Assembly: GCA_964584265.1 (NCBI GenBank)
Contig: CAZOZI010000005.1
Coordinates: 1-62,533 of the forward strand
Origin: an uncultured Candidatus Saccharibacteria bacterium
GTDB lineage: Bacteria; Patescibacteriota; Saccharimonadia; Saccharimonadales; CAYVSP01
Length of the DNA: 62,533 nucleotides
Reading direction: 5' to 3'
The notes under the pieces were generated by a model that was not told the DNA's origin, did no database searches, and saw only the letters and a program-made list of their open reading frames with translations. Shown here in pieces: positions 8,511-16,931 of this stretch. Every line of letters starts with the position of its first letter. Position 1 is the stretch's first letter. A program made the translations under genes and the position numbers.

Positions 8511-8530
8511 TTAATATATTGCTTGCGGTT
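8511..8530 (+). repeat. Motif copy 10 (TTAATATATTGCTTGCGGTT, 17/20)
   Basis: Between divergent genes; last copy of the contiguous run. Confidence 0.8.
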
Positions 8531-8563
8531 TGATATTAAGTCCATTCGTTTTATTATTTGCCT

Positions 8564-8980
8564 ATGAGACGAACTAATTTAGGACTAGCAGTGCCAGTTA
8601 GTAGTTTTGAGTACACCATTCTGGACCAGGCTGGTGCCCCAGCGCCGGTATCAAGATCATTTGATAAAGGCCCAGGAGGAGAGTGGCAAATAATAGAAGC
8701 AAAATATGCCAGAGAAGATCTACCGTTTGTGCTTGAAGCTGCACATAGAGCATATGATCAAGCCCTAAATGACACACAGCCGAAGGAAGTTCAAGCACTC
8801 GATACACTTTATCCGGACCAACCCGATGAACACAACCTGGCCGCGCGGGAAACGCTGCGTCAATTAGTATTAAATGATCCTACTCGTGCACGTAAAACAG
8901 CGGCGCTTGTTGTCAGCTCGCAGCTTATTACTAAATTAACTCCGTCTACTCACCAACTCAAAACCCCTGGTAAGCATTAA
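8564..8980 (+). CDS. Hypothetical protein
   Basis: ORF from TTG 8558 or ATG 8564; TTGATA-16-TATTAT, then 6 nt to ATG. Confidence 0.65.
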   Translation: MRRTNLGLAVPVSSFEYTILDQAGAPAPVSRSFDKGPGGEWQIIEAKYAREDLPFVLEAAHRAYDQALNDTQPKEVQALDTLYPDQPDEHNLAARETLRQLVLNDPTRARKTAALVVSSQLITKLTPSTHQLKTPGKH

Positions 8981-8988
8981 CGAGGTGC

Positions 8989-9384
8989 TTATTTCTTAGC
9001 TTCGAGTATGCTCACACGGTTGCCTTCGGAGTCGTTGAATGAGACCCAAAGGCCAACTCCTGGTATTTGTTGTGGTTTGCCGAGCAATTTGCCGCCCGAG
9101 GCTTCTATATTCTTCATAGCTGCCTTAACGTCAGGCACCGAAATGACTACTGAGGGTGCGCCTGAGGCCTGCGGTCTGGTTACATCGTAAAAGCCGCCGT
9201 TGATAGCACCAGGCGTCTTAACCATCTGGTTTTTATCTGTTTCGGCTGTGTGGGCCGTTATATAATGGCCCATTTCTTCGCCAAATTCTTTCATCCCCCA
9301 ACCGAAGGCTTTTTTATAAAATTCAGCCACCCGCTTGGCGTCCTTATAGGGCATTTCAAAATGTACAACTGGATTTTTACTCAT
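8989..9384 (-). CDS. VOC/glyoxalase family protein
   Basis: VVHFEMP...FYKKAFGW...PGAINGG...FNDSEGNRV. Confidence 0.9.
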   Translation of the reverse strand: MSKNPVVHFEMPYKDAKRVAEFYKKAFGWGMKEFGEEMGHYITAHTAETDKNQMVKTPGAINGGFYDVTRPQASGAPSVVISVPDVKAAMKNIEASGGKLLGKPQQIPGVGLWVSFNDSEGNRVSILEAKK

Positions 9385-9402
9385 AAAACTCCCTTATTAA
9401 AA

Positions 9403-9651
9403 TTACTCTAAGTCAATAACCTCTAATACCTCGTTGACTGGCACATTTGCCTCATCGTGGGCTTTTTGTACCATATCGGCTGAGTCTGCCTCTGTAAGAC
9501 AAAAAGCTCTACCTTGCTCTGCACTGGCGTGAGCGTGTTTGGCAGAGCACCCAAGCTTGGAACAAGCTGCTTTATAAGATTCCCAAGTTTGTTTTACCAT
9601 CTCGTCCGTCATGGCGTTTCCCATGTTGTGTATACCGATGAATAAAGCCAT
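9403..9651 (-). CDS. DUF4242 (SCO4226-like) small protein
   Basis: FCLTEADSADMVQKAH...VPVNEVLEV; AGGAGG SD before ATG 9651. Confidence 0.7.
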   Translation of the reverse strand: MALFIGIHNMGNAMTDEMVKQTWESYKAACSKLGCSAKHAHASAEQGRAFCLTEADSADMVQKAHDEANVPVNEVLEVIDLE

Positions 9652-9722
9652 AAAACCCTCCTTTTTATAATCCAATTATAGCTTAGAAAGGGCACTACAT
9701 GAAGCTAGTGTAAAATAAGTAC

Positions 9723-10121
9723 ATGGCAAAATTAGTAAGTTTATCCGGGATTGTCTGCTACGTGGCTAATTTGGATAGAACAGCTAAGTTTTACGAAGAT
9801 CTAGGGTTTATTGTTACCGATAAAACTCCAGATTACCTATCAATACGACTGAATTGGTTTTGGGTAGAGTTTGTAAGACAAGATAAAGCAGAAGAAACCG
9901 TATTCCAGCCGGTTTTGGCGGTTGAATCTGGCGATAACGGAAAAGGACAATTTGTTCATATCAGCGTGACAAACGTAGATGAGTTTTATAAACATGTGCT
10001 AGAAAAAGGCATGAAACCCTCCAGCAAGCCAAAAGACTTTCGCTGGGGCCGACGCGAGTTTATATTGCCCGACCCGGACGGCTACAAATTAGTTTTCTTT
10101 AACAAAGGCACGAAGAAATAG
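9723..10121 (+). CDS. VOC/glyoxalase-bleomycin resistance family protein
   Basis: LDRTAKFYEDLGF...NVDEFY...WGRREFILPDPDGYKL. Confidence 0.9.
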   Translation: MAKLVSLSGIVCYVANLDRTAKFYEDLGFIVTDKTPDYLSIRLNWFWVEFVRQDKAEETVFQPVLAVESGDNGKGQFVHISVTNVDEFYKHVLEKGMKPSSKPKDFRWGRREFILPDPDGYKLVFFNKGTKK

Positions 10122-10142
10122 ATAAAAACTGGATTACGACTT

Positions 10143-10619
10143 TCAGGTATGCCTTGCACGCCATTCTTTAGTAGCTTTAGGTAAGTCCATACCAACTGCA
10201 AATAGGAATATAACAGTAGTGCCTTTACCTAAAAAGGCAAACTGCTTACTAACTTCTTCACGGAGCCTGTCTTCACCGCCGTCTTTATCAAGCGACTCTA
10301 GATAATTGGCGAATGAACCGTGCTGAGTGCTTAATATTTTAATCTTCTGGGCATTAGCCACAATGGCTCGGATTTTGGCCAGATTACGTATAACATCCGG
10401 GTTCATCATCAGTTCTTCAATTTCCGGTTCCTGAAATTTGGAAACTTTATCGATGTTAAAGTTACTAAAAGCTTTCTTGATACCTGGCCATTTCTTTTCC
10501 AGCACTTGCCAATTTAGGCCGGAGGCTAAAATAACCCGGCTCATGCGCTCCAAGTATTCATTATCGTCTTTGGGCTTTTCAATTTTGTGGTGCTTCATCC
10601 ACTCATCTGGTTTTGGCAT
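10143..10619 (-). CDS. DNA-3-methyladenine glycosylase I-like protein
   Basis: SGLNW...K...AFSNF..DKV...IRNLAKIRAIVANA (Tag family). Confidence 0.8.
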   Translation of the reverse strand: MPKPDEWMKHHKIEKPKDDNEYLERMSRVILASGLNWQVLEKKWPGIKKAFSNFNIDKVSKFQEPEIEELMMNPDVIRNLAKIRAIVANAQKIKILSTQHGSFANYLESLDKDGGEDRLREEVSKQFAFLGKGTTVIFLFAVGMDLPKATKEWRARHT

Positions 10620-10628
10620 TGACGCTCC

Positions 10629-10856
10629 TTAACTCTTAGATTTCGGATTATCTACCCAGCCTTTATCCTTGAAAACTGCCCAAATAGCCATGGAGTGACC
10701 GTGTCCAAGATCAAATTCAGCTTTCAGGAACTTTACGAGCTCGCTGGCTTTCATATCAGGTTTATAGACACCGGCTTTTTCAGCGGCTTGTTTAAGTTCA
10801 AGAGGCGTTTTGCCGGTTTTGGCTTTTATATTATCTATGTAAGCCTGAAAGGTCAT
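10629..10856 (-). CDS. DUF4287 domain protein
   Basis: FQAYIDNIKAKTGKT...LKAEFDLGHGHSMAI. Confidence 0.85.
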   Translation of the reverse strand: MTFQAYIDNIKAKTGKTPLELKQAAEKAGVYKPDMKASELVKFLKAEFDLGHGHSMAIWAVFKDKGWVDNPKSKS

Positions 10857-10879
10857 AACGGCGTATCAATAAAAGACTT

Positions 10880-11113
10880 CTACAATCCTAAAATTTGCTT
10901 TTTCTTAGCTTGAAATTCCTCGTCGGTCAGAATGCCTTGGTCTTTAAGTTGCGCAAGCTTTTCCAGTTGTGCTACTTGATCGTCACCACCTGCGGCTGCA
11001 GCCGGCTGCGCTGCGTCAGCGCCCTGATCGTTGCGTCGTCTGGCGGCAGCAGATCCAACAGCTGCACCAATAATAAGCCCACGCCGACGTCCTCTTCTAA
11101 AACCTGGTCCCAT
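10880..11113 (-). CDS. SHOCT domain protein
   Basis: C-terminal QLEKLAQLKDQGILTDEEFQAKKKQILG. Confidence 0.85.
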   Translation of the reverse strand: MGPGFRRGRRRGLIIGAAVGSAAARRRNDQGADAAQPAAAAGGDDQVAQLEKLAQLKDQGILTDEEFQAKKKQILGL

Positions 11114-11213
11114 AATATTACCCTCCTTGCAGCATGACGCCGCTAATTAATTTAATACCTTAACTATAAACCCTAACTCCAAGTAAACAGTGATGCTTAT
11201 CATTTGAACCATG

Positions 11214-12818
11214 TTAAGAATCCGCCTTTTTAGCGCTAGCTAGGTTTGGTAGATTTCTAGACATAAATAGTGCCAGTAGCGTAACCGCAAAAACCACGAA
11301 GAGACCCTGCTTAAGAGCTTTTATTTGCGATTCTTGATATATATTACCGACGGTTTGAGCGGTCTCTGAACTGCCACCTTGCGATATAACATATTGTTGA
11401 GCCTGAGACTCAGAAACTATGCCTACGCCATTGCTAGCTTGAGAGCTTATGGCTTGCTTAGCGTTATCTGTGAGGTCCGGACTAGCTTGGACAGATGCTC
11501 CAAAACCAGATGTGAGCGCTAGCATAAATATTGAACCGACTACGGCAGTTCCAAAGGAAGTGCCAAGATTTTGAAACGTACCTTGAAGGCCGCCAACTTC
11601 AGCTGTATCTTCTTTGCTGACAGATGACATATTGACGTTACCAAGCTGAGAAGCCAACAGGCCAAAACCAGCCCCAACTACAAACATGCCTAGCCAAAAG
11701 AGGGTTCCTCTCAGTTCTGGTTCAATTGAACCCAGTACCAGTAGGACACCAAAGGCCATGAATACTTGGCCCCATCTGGCAATCCGTTTAGCGCTGCGTA
11801 ATCCAGACATTTTTGAGCCGATAACCGAAAAGAGTACAAGGCCAATAGATAGTGGTATGAGTTTAACGCCGGTTTGGAGGGCGTCATAGCCTAGAATAGT
11901 CTGTAAGTACACCGGTACGACGAAGAATAGAGCAGCAATAGTGAAATACTGGCTCAAGAAAGTCGCTAGACCACTTCGCAAAGCTGGGATAGATAGCATG
12001 GAAACCTTGAGAAGAGGATTCTTATTCTCAGCTTCTAAGCGTTTTTGTCTGCTTAGGAACATCCAAAGTACTAAAATGCCTGCCAAGATAAGGTAAGCAA
12101 CCAATGATATTCCCAGCGGAGCTATTTCATTACCATTGATAGTTGGCGAATTTAATGGCGATATCCAGCCCCAGGTCTTGCTTTGAAGCACACCAAAAAC
12201 AAGTAAAGACATACCTAAAGCCGACATTATGGAGCTCGGCAAATCCAGCACTATTTTCTTTGTAGTTTTTACATCACTAATTTTGTTAGCTACTAAAAGT
12301 ACGCCAATCATAATGACCGTTTCGGCCGCAAAGACATATCTCCAAGACAAATAAGTGGTGAAGAAGCCACCAATTATTGGTCCAACTGCTGCGGCCAAAC
12401 CAGTGACTGCTCCCAGTATAGAAAAAGCAATAACACGGGCTTTGCCGCTGTAGTTGATAGCTGCTAAGGCTGCTATGGCCGGAATGACAAGCACTGCACC
12501 GAGTCCCTCAACAAGAGACCAACCGAAGAGTAATACCATCAGTGATGGGCTTAGGGCGGTAATTAGTGAACCAATACCGTAAACTATTGAGCCAATTCGA
12601 AAAGCATTATGGCGGCCCCATTTATCTCCCAATTTGCCGCCAGTAAGCATGAGAGCCGCCATGGTTAGAGCGTAAAAAGTTATGGCTGCCTGCATGCCTG
12701 ATATGGTTGTACCGAGATCTTTTGCGACGGTTGTAATGGAGACGTTCATGACAGTGCTATCCAGGATCATCACAAACTGAGATATAGCTAAAATTACAAT
12801 GACCATCCACTTCTTCAT
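11214..12818 (-). CDS. MFS transporter, DHA2 (EmrB/QacA) family
   Basis: FVMILDSTVMNV, GGKLGDKWGR motif A, many TM segments; ATG 12818 has TATACT 7 nt upstream. Confidence 0.9.
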   Translation of the reverse strand: MKKWMVIVILAISQFVMILDSTVMNVSITTVAKDLGTTISGMQAAITFYALTMAALMLTGGKLGDKWGRHNAFRIGSIVYGIGSLITALSPSLMVLLFGWSLVEGLGAVLVIPAIAALAAINYSGKARVIAFSILGAVTGLAAAVGPIIGGFFTTYLSWRYVFAAETVIMIGVLLVANKISDVKTTKKIVLDLPSSIMSALGMSLLVFGVLQSKTWGWISPLNSPTINGNEIAPLGISLVAYLILAGILVLWMFLSRQKRLEAENKNPLLKVSMLSIPALRSGLATFLSQYFTIAALFFVVPVYLQTILGYDALQTGVKLIPLSIGLVLFSVIGSKMSGLRSAKRIARWGQVFMAFGVLLVLGSIEPELRGTLFWLGMFVVGAGFGLLASQLGNVNMSSVSKEDTAEVGGLQGTFQNLGTSFGTAVVGSIFMLALTSGFGASVQASPDLTDNAKQAISSQASNGVGIVSESQAQQYVISQGGSSETAQTVGNIYQESQIKALKQGLFVVFAVTLLALFMSRNLPNLASAKKADS

Positions 12819-12874
12819 CACCTAAAGTATACACCTAAGGTTCAAGGTGAAGAACAAACGTGGTCAAGGACTCT

Positions 12875-14551
12875 TTATTCGTTAGGATGATGTATTGGCT
12901 CAATAACAGTGCCGGGTGTGTGTACTGGAGGGCCGTGGATATGATTTAACGTTGTAGCAAGTTTGGTGTCAACTTCTGGCGCAGTATTTTTACGCGCAGC
13001 TCGTCTTTTCTTAGTAAAGATTGGCCACCTAAGCCAAGGAGGCGTACGCTTGTATTTTATGTAGAAAAAGCCTATGTAGCCCGCTAGAGATAAAAATATT
13101 AAACCTATAATGAAAAAAACCGGCTTTTGATGACGCCTAGGAAGTACTGCTCCAGTAGAGGTTTTAGTTGTTGAAACGGAAGTAGGGCTAGTAGGGGTAT
13201 TCTTTGAATTGGCAGACACGGGGTGTACGTAGGCATCACTTAGAAAGTAAGCAGCACTTTGGCCACTAAGGGTAACCTTTGCGCCCGAATTATAGGTTGC
13301 AAGTTGTTTACCATCTTGGTACTGAATAAGTTTGGCCGGCAAGCTAAAGGTTTGTGGCGATCCACCAAGATTGACATAAACACGACCATTAGTGAAACCT
13401 CTCTGATAGAGTTGACCAGATGCTTGTGCTTGACCAACTGGGTTGCCCAAATTGAGGTGTTCTTCGGGCAGATTGTATTGAATCGCGTCTGTAATATAAG
13501 CATTTTCTCCCACAGCATATTGCCAGTAGCTTGAACCAGGCTGCCAACCCATTAAGAATGCCCCCAGGCAGTAACGTCCGGTTTTAATCGGGTCAAGTGA
13601 AGGGGTTTCGCTGGGAAAGAAATTAGAATGAAGCAGCAACTTCTTATTGCTGTACTTTTGCATAATGCCAATATCGGCTGGTATATCTGCATTCAGCCCA
13701 CTATGAAGCCCTAAACAAAAGCCTTCATCCGTGGCTCCCTGCATATAATCCAGCTTGTACAAACTGCGCCCGGGATTTAAATCTATATCGTTCTTAGTGG
13801 TATTCGCTCTAATGCCATTAAACACAATGGTCTTATCAGGAAAAGCTGCCATAGCTGCTGTATGCATTGCCTTGGTCCCTTGGTTGTAGGCGTCAATGCG
13901 TGGTTGACCAAGTAACGTAAGCCAATTCTTGTTGTTAAATCCTTGGACAATATCTGTGCCATTATCAAATAAAATCCCATCAAAAGGAGCTTGCTCAAAA
14001 CGGTGCTTCAACTGAGCTAGAACCCAAGCTCGGTAGTCAGGATTTGCTAAATCCATAAAGTAATTGTTGTCATTACTTTGCTTTATGGGATTTCCCGAAT
14101 TGTCATGTAATATCCAACTATCTGTCCTGGTACTATCAAACTGATTGGCTAAGTTAGTATATGGGTCATAGAAGGGATCTTTTTCTACCCAAGATGATTT
14201 TGTGCTCTGACTCCAATAATGGGTCATATAATACATGTAAACCTTAAGGTTGGGGTTGCGACGCTTTAATTCCTTAGTAGCTGCATAGAGGGCAGTGTTG
14301 TCATTGTTGTCATGTTGCTTATTGATAATAACTATCTGGTAATGACTGGCTAGGTCATTGTATTCAGCGTCGGTAAACTGACCTTTAGAATGGGCAGTAG
14401 TGGCAAAGTGCCAAGGCGGGTTTGTGATATACACAACTGGTTGCGGAGTCGCCGCGTGGGTCGATAGCAGTAGATAGCTACCCACAGCAGCAAATAGTAA
14501 TACAACAATGATTGCCAGTACGTGTTTTTTCTTAGGAGATTGTTTTGCCAT
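12875..14551 (-). CDS. Membrane-anchored putative glycoside hydrolase (GHL15-like TIM barrel)
   Basis: N-terminal signal/TM; YFMDLANPDYRAW, FDGILFDN, LYQRGFTNGRVYVN; S/T linker and C-terminal TM. Confidence 0.6.
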   Translation of the reverse strand: MAKQSPKKKHVLAIIVVLLFAAVGSYLLLSTHAATPQPVVYITNPPWHFATTAHSKGQFTDAEYNDLASHYQIVIINKQHDNNDNTALYAATKELKRRNPNLKVYMYYMTHYWSQSTKSSWVEKDPFYDPYTNLANQFDSTRTDSWILHDNSGNPIKQSNDNNYFMDLANPDYRAWVLAQLKHRFEQAPFDGILFDNGTDIVQGFNNKNWLTLLGQPRIDAYNQGTKAMHTAAMAAFPDKTIVFNGIRANTTKNDIDLNPGRSLYKLDYMQGATDEGFCLGLHSGLNADIPADIGIMQKYSNKKLLLHSNFFPSETPSLDPIKTGRYCLGAFLMGWQPGSSYWQYAVGENAYITDAIQYNLPEEHLNLGNPVGQAQASGQLYQRGFTNGRVYVNLGGSPQTFSLPAKLIQYQDGKQLATYNSGAKVTLSGQSAAYFLSDAYVHPVSANSKNTPTSPTSVSTTKTSTGAVLPRRHQKPVFFIIGLIFLSLAGYIGFFYIKYKRTPPWLRWPIFTKKRRAARKNTAPEVDTKLATTLNHIHGPPVHTPGTVIEPIHHPNE

Positions 14552-14619
14552 AGAAGTCTAAGTTTTAATTTTGTTTTATCCTATACATTGTACTACATCA
14601 GACAACCGTATTATAATAG

Positions 14620-14648
14620 TTGACATAAGCAATAAGTGGTGATATCAT
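14620..14648 (+). promoter_or_regulatory. Sigma70-type promoter
   Basis: TTGACA (14620-25), 17 bp, TATCAT (14643-48). Confidence 0.75.
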
Positions 14649-14664
14649 AAGCGTATTCGAAAGA

Positions 14665-14705
14665 ATATAAAGAGGGTTCCGTTATTTGCGGAGCTCTTTT
14701 TATAT
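14665..14705 (+). other. 17-bp hairpin in the 5' leader of the KGG gene
   Basis: atataaagagggttccg / cggagctctttttatat fully paired (3 GU), 7-nt loop. Confidence 0.6.
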
Positions 14706-14737
14706 CCTCGAGTGATAAATTAAGGGAGGCCTCACAC

Positions 14738-14935
14738 ATGGCTGGAACCAAAGCTGGCGGCAAAGCTGCTGCCTCAACCAACAAAAGTAAATACGGCGCT
14801 GACTTTTACGCAAAAATCGGTGCTATGGGCGGCAAAAAAGGTCGCACTGGCGGATTTTTTGCGAACCGCGAACTGGCTCGCATTGCTGGTGCCAAAGGTG
14901 GCCGCATTTCACGCCGAACCAAGAAACTCGCCTAA
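14738..14935 (+). CDS. KGG-repeat small basic protein (stress-induced family)
   Basis: FYAKIGAMGGKKG...ARIAGAKGGRIS; GGGAGG SD. Confidence 0.85.
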   Translation: MAGTKAGGKAAASTNKSKYGADFYAKIGAMGGKKGRTGGFFANRELARIAGAKGGRISRRTKKLA

Positions 14936-14947
14936 ATCATTTTGGGC

Positions 14948-14991
14948 GAACTAAAAGAGCAGCAGAGCAAAGCTCGCTGCTTTTTTAGTTC
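14948..14991. terminator. Bidirectional intrinsic terminator-like hairpin
   Basis: gaactaaaagagcagc / gctgcttttttagttc 16 bp plus inner gagc/gctc, between convergent genes. Confidence 0.7.
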
Positions 14992-14992
14992 T

Positions 14993-15087
14993 CTTGGTGC
15001 ATCACTTTGTTGCTGCGTCCGGTACTCGCTCACTTTATTCAAATAAGGCTCGCTTTGTTCCTCCTTGCGCCTAGTGCTGCACTCAAG
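14993..15087. repeat. Palindromic element with tandem G-A architecture on the bottom strand
   Basis: cttg-gtgca-t-cact ... agtg-c-tgcac-t-caag arms; two ctcgct motifs flank a ttatt/aataa stem. Confidence 0.45.
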
Positions 15088-15105
15088 GCAAAATGATTCA
15101 GCAGT

Positions 15106-15606
15106 TTATGAAAATGTTGCTTGCGATACGGTAGTAGGCGACTTTTCTATTTGTTGCCAGCGGCGATAAGGTCGACAAAAACGCGATGACGTCACTGTCC
15201 AAGCGGTTCTGCAGTTATGACAACTGTATTTACGGGCTGATTCTTGTAGGCTGGTCGTGCCACAGACAGGACAGGTGCTGCGTTGGTGTAACCAATCCCT
15301 ATAGGTGTCCAGACAGTCTTGAATATGATCGCCAGAGATAGTGTAGCTATAAAGAGCTGCAATCTTGGCAGCTTTGTGCCAGGCGGCAGCTTCCATATGC
15401 AGGAGTTCAAAGTCTGAATTGTAACGACTGTGTCCCAATAAAGCGTGTGCTAATTCATGTAGTAGTGACCATGATGCCATTGTCTCATCGTCCGGTCCGT
15501 CACGGTAGGTGATGGTTTGTGTCTTAGGCGACCAACAGAATTCCTTGCCCTCAACAAAATTCAGGTGCGCATACTGCTTTTTAAGCTTCGCTAGCAAACT
15601 ATTCAT
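15106..15606 (-). CDS. HExxH (ImmA/IrrE-like) metallopeptidase-domain protein with C-terminal zinc ribbon
   Basis: LLHELAHALLGH...E; CPVC...CHNC; ATG 15606 overlaps the ROK gene 3' end. Confidence 0.65.
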   Translation of the reverse strand: MNSLLAKLKKQYAHLNFVEGKEFCWSPKTQTITYRDGPDDETMASWSLLHELAHALLGHSRYNSDFELLHMEAAAWHKAAKIAALYSYTISGDHIQDCLDTYRDWLHQRSTCPVCGTTSLQESARKYSCHNCRTAWTVTSSRFCRPYRRWQQIEKSPTTVSQATFS

Positions 15607-16408
15607 AGCGTTCTTTGGCCAATTCAAAGCAACCATATATAACGGCTTCGTCAGGATGAACAGCTTTACGAAGTGGTGGGATAGGAACCAAGGGTGTCTC
15701 GTAATGCTTGAGCTCCTTCTGTAAATAATCACTGAACTTTTCAAAATTAGTATTTACACCGCCACCCATGATAATGACCTCAGGCTGGATTACAGAGATT
15801 AAATCTATAAGACCAAGCCCCAAATCATGCGCGATAAGTTTCCAGGTTGTGGTGTCGGTGATATCGCTGGCGATCTTGCCAAAACGCTTTACGATAGCTT
15901 GCCCGGAAATAATGTCTTCCCATGGTTTCATTTGGCCATTCCAGTCAACTAGGATCTGACCGCCCTCGCTATCGGCCATTCCTGGATCAATCTTACCTTT
16001 TGTGATAAGTGCACAGCTTATACCAGTTCCTATAGTTACATAGAGTACATTATTAAACTCTTTTATGATAAGATTAGCTTCAGATAAACCAGCTAATTTG
16101 GCATCATTTTCGATAACAATTGGACAATGCGCAATAAATTCGACATCAGCTTTTACAGATTCTTCTCTCCAGCGTAGAGTGCCGTAACCAAGTGCGAGGC
16201 CTTTTTCTCTATCTATTCTGCCAGGTATAGCTACGCAGCCAGCAAGAAAATTGTCGTGCTTGAGTTGCGGCAGGTTTTTGCGTAGATCTTCCAGCCATGC
16301 CTGATATGTTTCAGGTGTTTGAAATTTAACCTGCCCAGTTATATTACCTTTGCTATCAAAGCAGGCTAATAGCGTTTTAGTCCCTCCAACGTCTACTGCT
16401 AGATACAT
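15599..16408 (-). CDS. ROK family protein (sugar kinase-like)
   Basis: LAVDVGGTKT, IENDAKLAGLSE, TIGTGI, IIMGGG. Confidence 0.9.
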   Translation of the reverse strand: MYLAVDVGGTKTLLACFDSKGNITGQVKFQTPETYQAWLEDLRKNLPQLKHDNFLAGCVAIPGRIDREKGLALGYGTLRWREESVKADVEFIAHCPIVIENDAKLAGLSEANLIIKEFNNVLYVTIGTGISCALITKGKIDPGMADSEGGQILVDWNGQMKPWEDIISGQAIVKRFGKIASDITDTTTWKLIAHDLGLGLIDLISVIQPEVIIMGGGVNTNFEKFSDYLQKELKHYETPLVPIPPLRKAVHPDEAVIYGCFELAKERYE

Positions 16409-16508
16409 ATTGATTTTAGTGTAGCATAGCCATAATTCTCTTAATTTGTAAGACTATATAAGCGTTTAAGCTTGCACTAAAGGATTGGCCTAGTAGATAA
16501 TAACGCAC

Positions 16509-16808
16509 ATGGCAGCAGAGACACCGTCGATTAATACTGAGCACCGGGACCTAGTTGTAAATACTCTACGGACACTTCCGTTACCGCAGACCATCTATGG
16601 GCTTGTAGGCAAGATAGGAGTACACGAAGGTCTAGGGGGATTTCCTTTACCTGACACTAACTTACGTTGGCAGCCAGTTTGGGAAGCAACTCGAGCAGTA
16701 GTAGATGACTTGGTGGCGAACGGTGACGCAGATCTACTGCCCCCTAACCAGCCACATACAGATCGACTAATTATTGAAGCATTTCAACGCATCACATTGC
16801 GGGCATAG
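16509..16808 (+). CDS. Hypothetical protein
   Basis: 99-aa ORF with candidate own promoter (TTGCAC...GATAAT, 7 nt to ATG). Confidence 0.55.
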   Translation: MAAETPSINTEHRDLVVNTLRTLPLPQTIYGLVGKIGVHEGLGGFPLPDTNLRWQPVWEATRAVVDDLVANGDADLLPPNQPHTDRLIIEAFQRITLRA

Positions 16809-16931
16809 ACTCATTGCCAACCTCGCAAGGCGCACTTTACTTAAGAGCTTCTAACAGATATAATAGTAAGTAAGACTGATCGGGACTACAACCTACGGGT
16901 TGCCGCAGGCATAGAGGAGGCATGTTTAGTC

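Noticed and set aside
1740-8530. Classical integron or CALIN with attC sites
   Set aside because: The sites are ~20 bp, lack paired R''/R' and L boxes and a 57-141-bp hairpin, gene orientation is mixed, and no intI is in the window.
1740-8530. CRISPR array
   Set aside because: Intervals are 350-1300 bp and contain whole genes; the repeats are degenerate; no cas genes.
1740-8530. Motif as a simple promoter element, operator or terminator
   Set aside because: It occurs between convergent genes (no promoter needed) and divergent genes (no terminator needed), its distance to minus-strand -10 boxes varies from 14 to 24 bp, and it forms no hairpin. Disfavoured rather than excluded.
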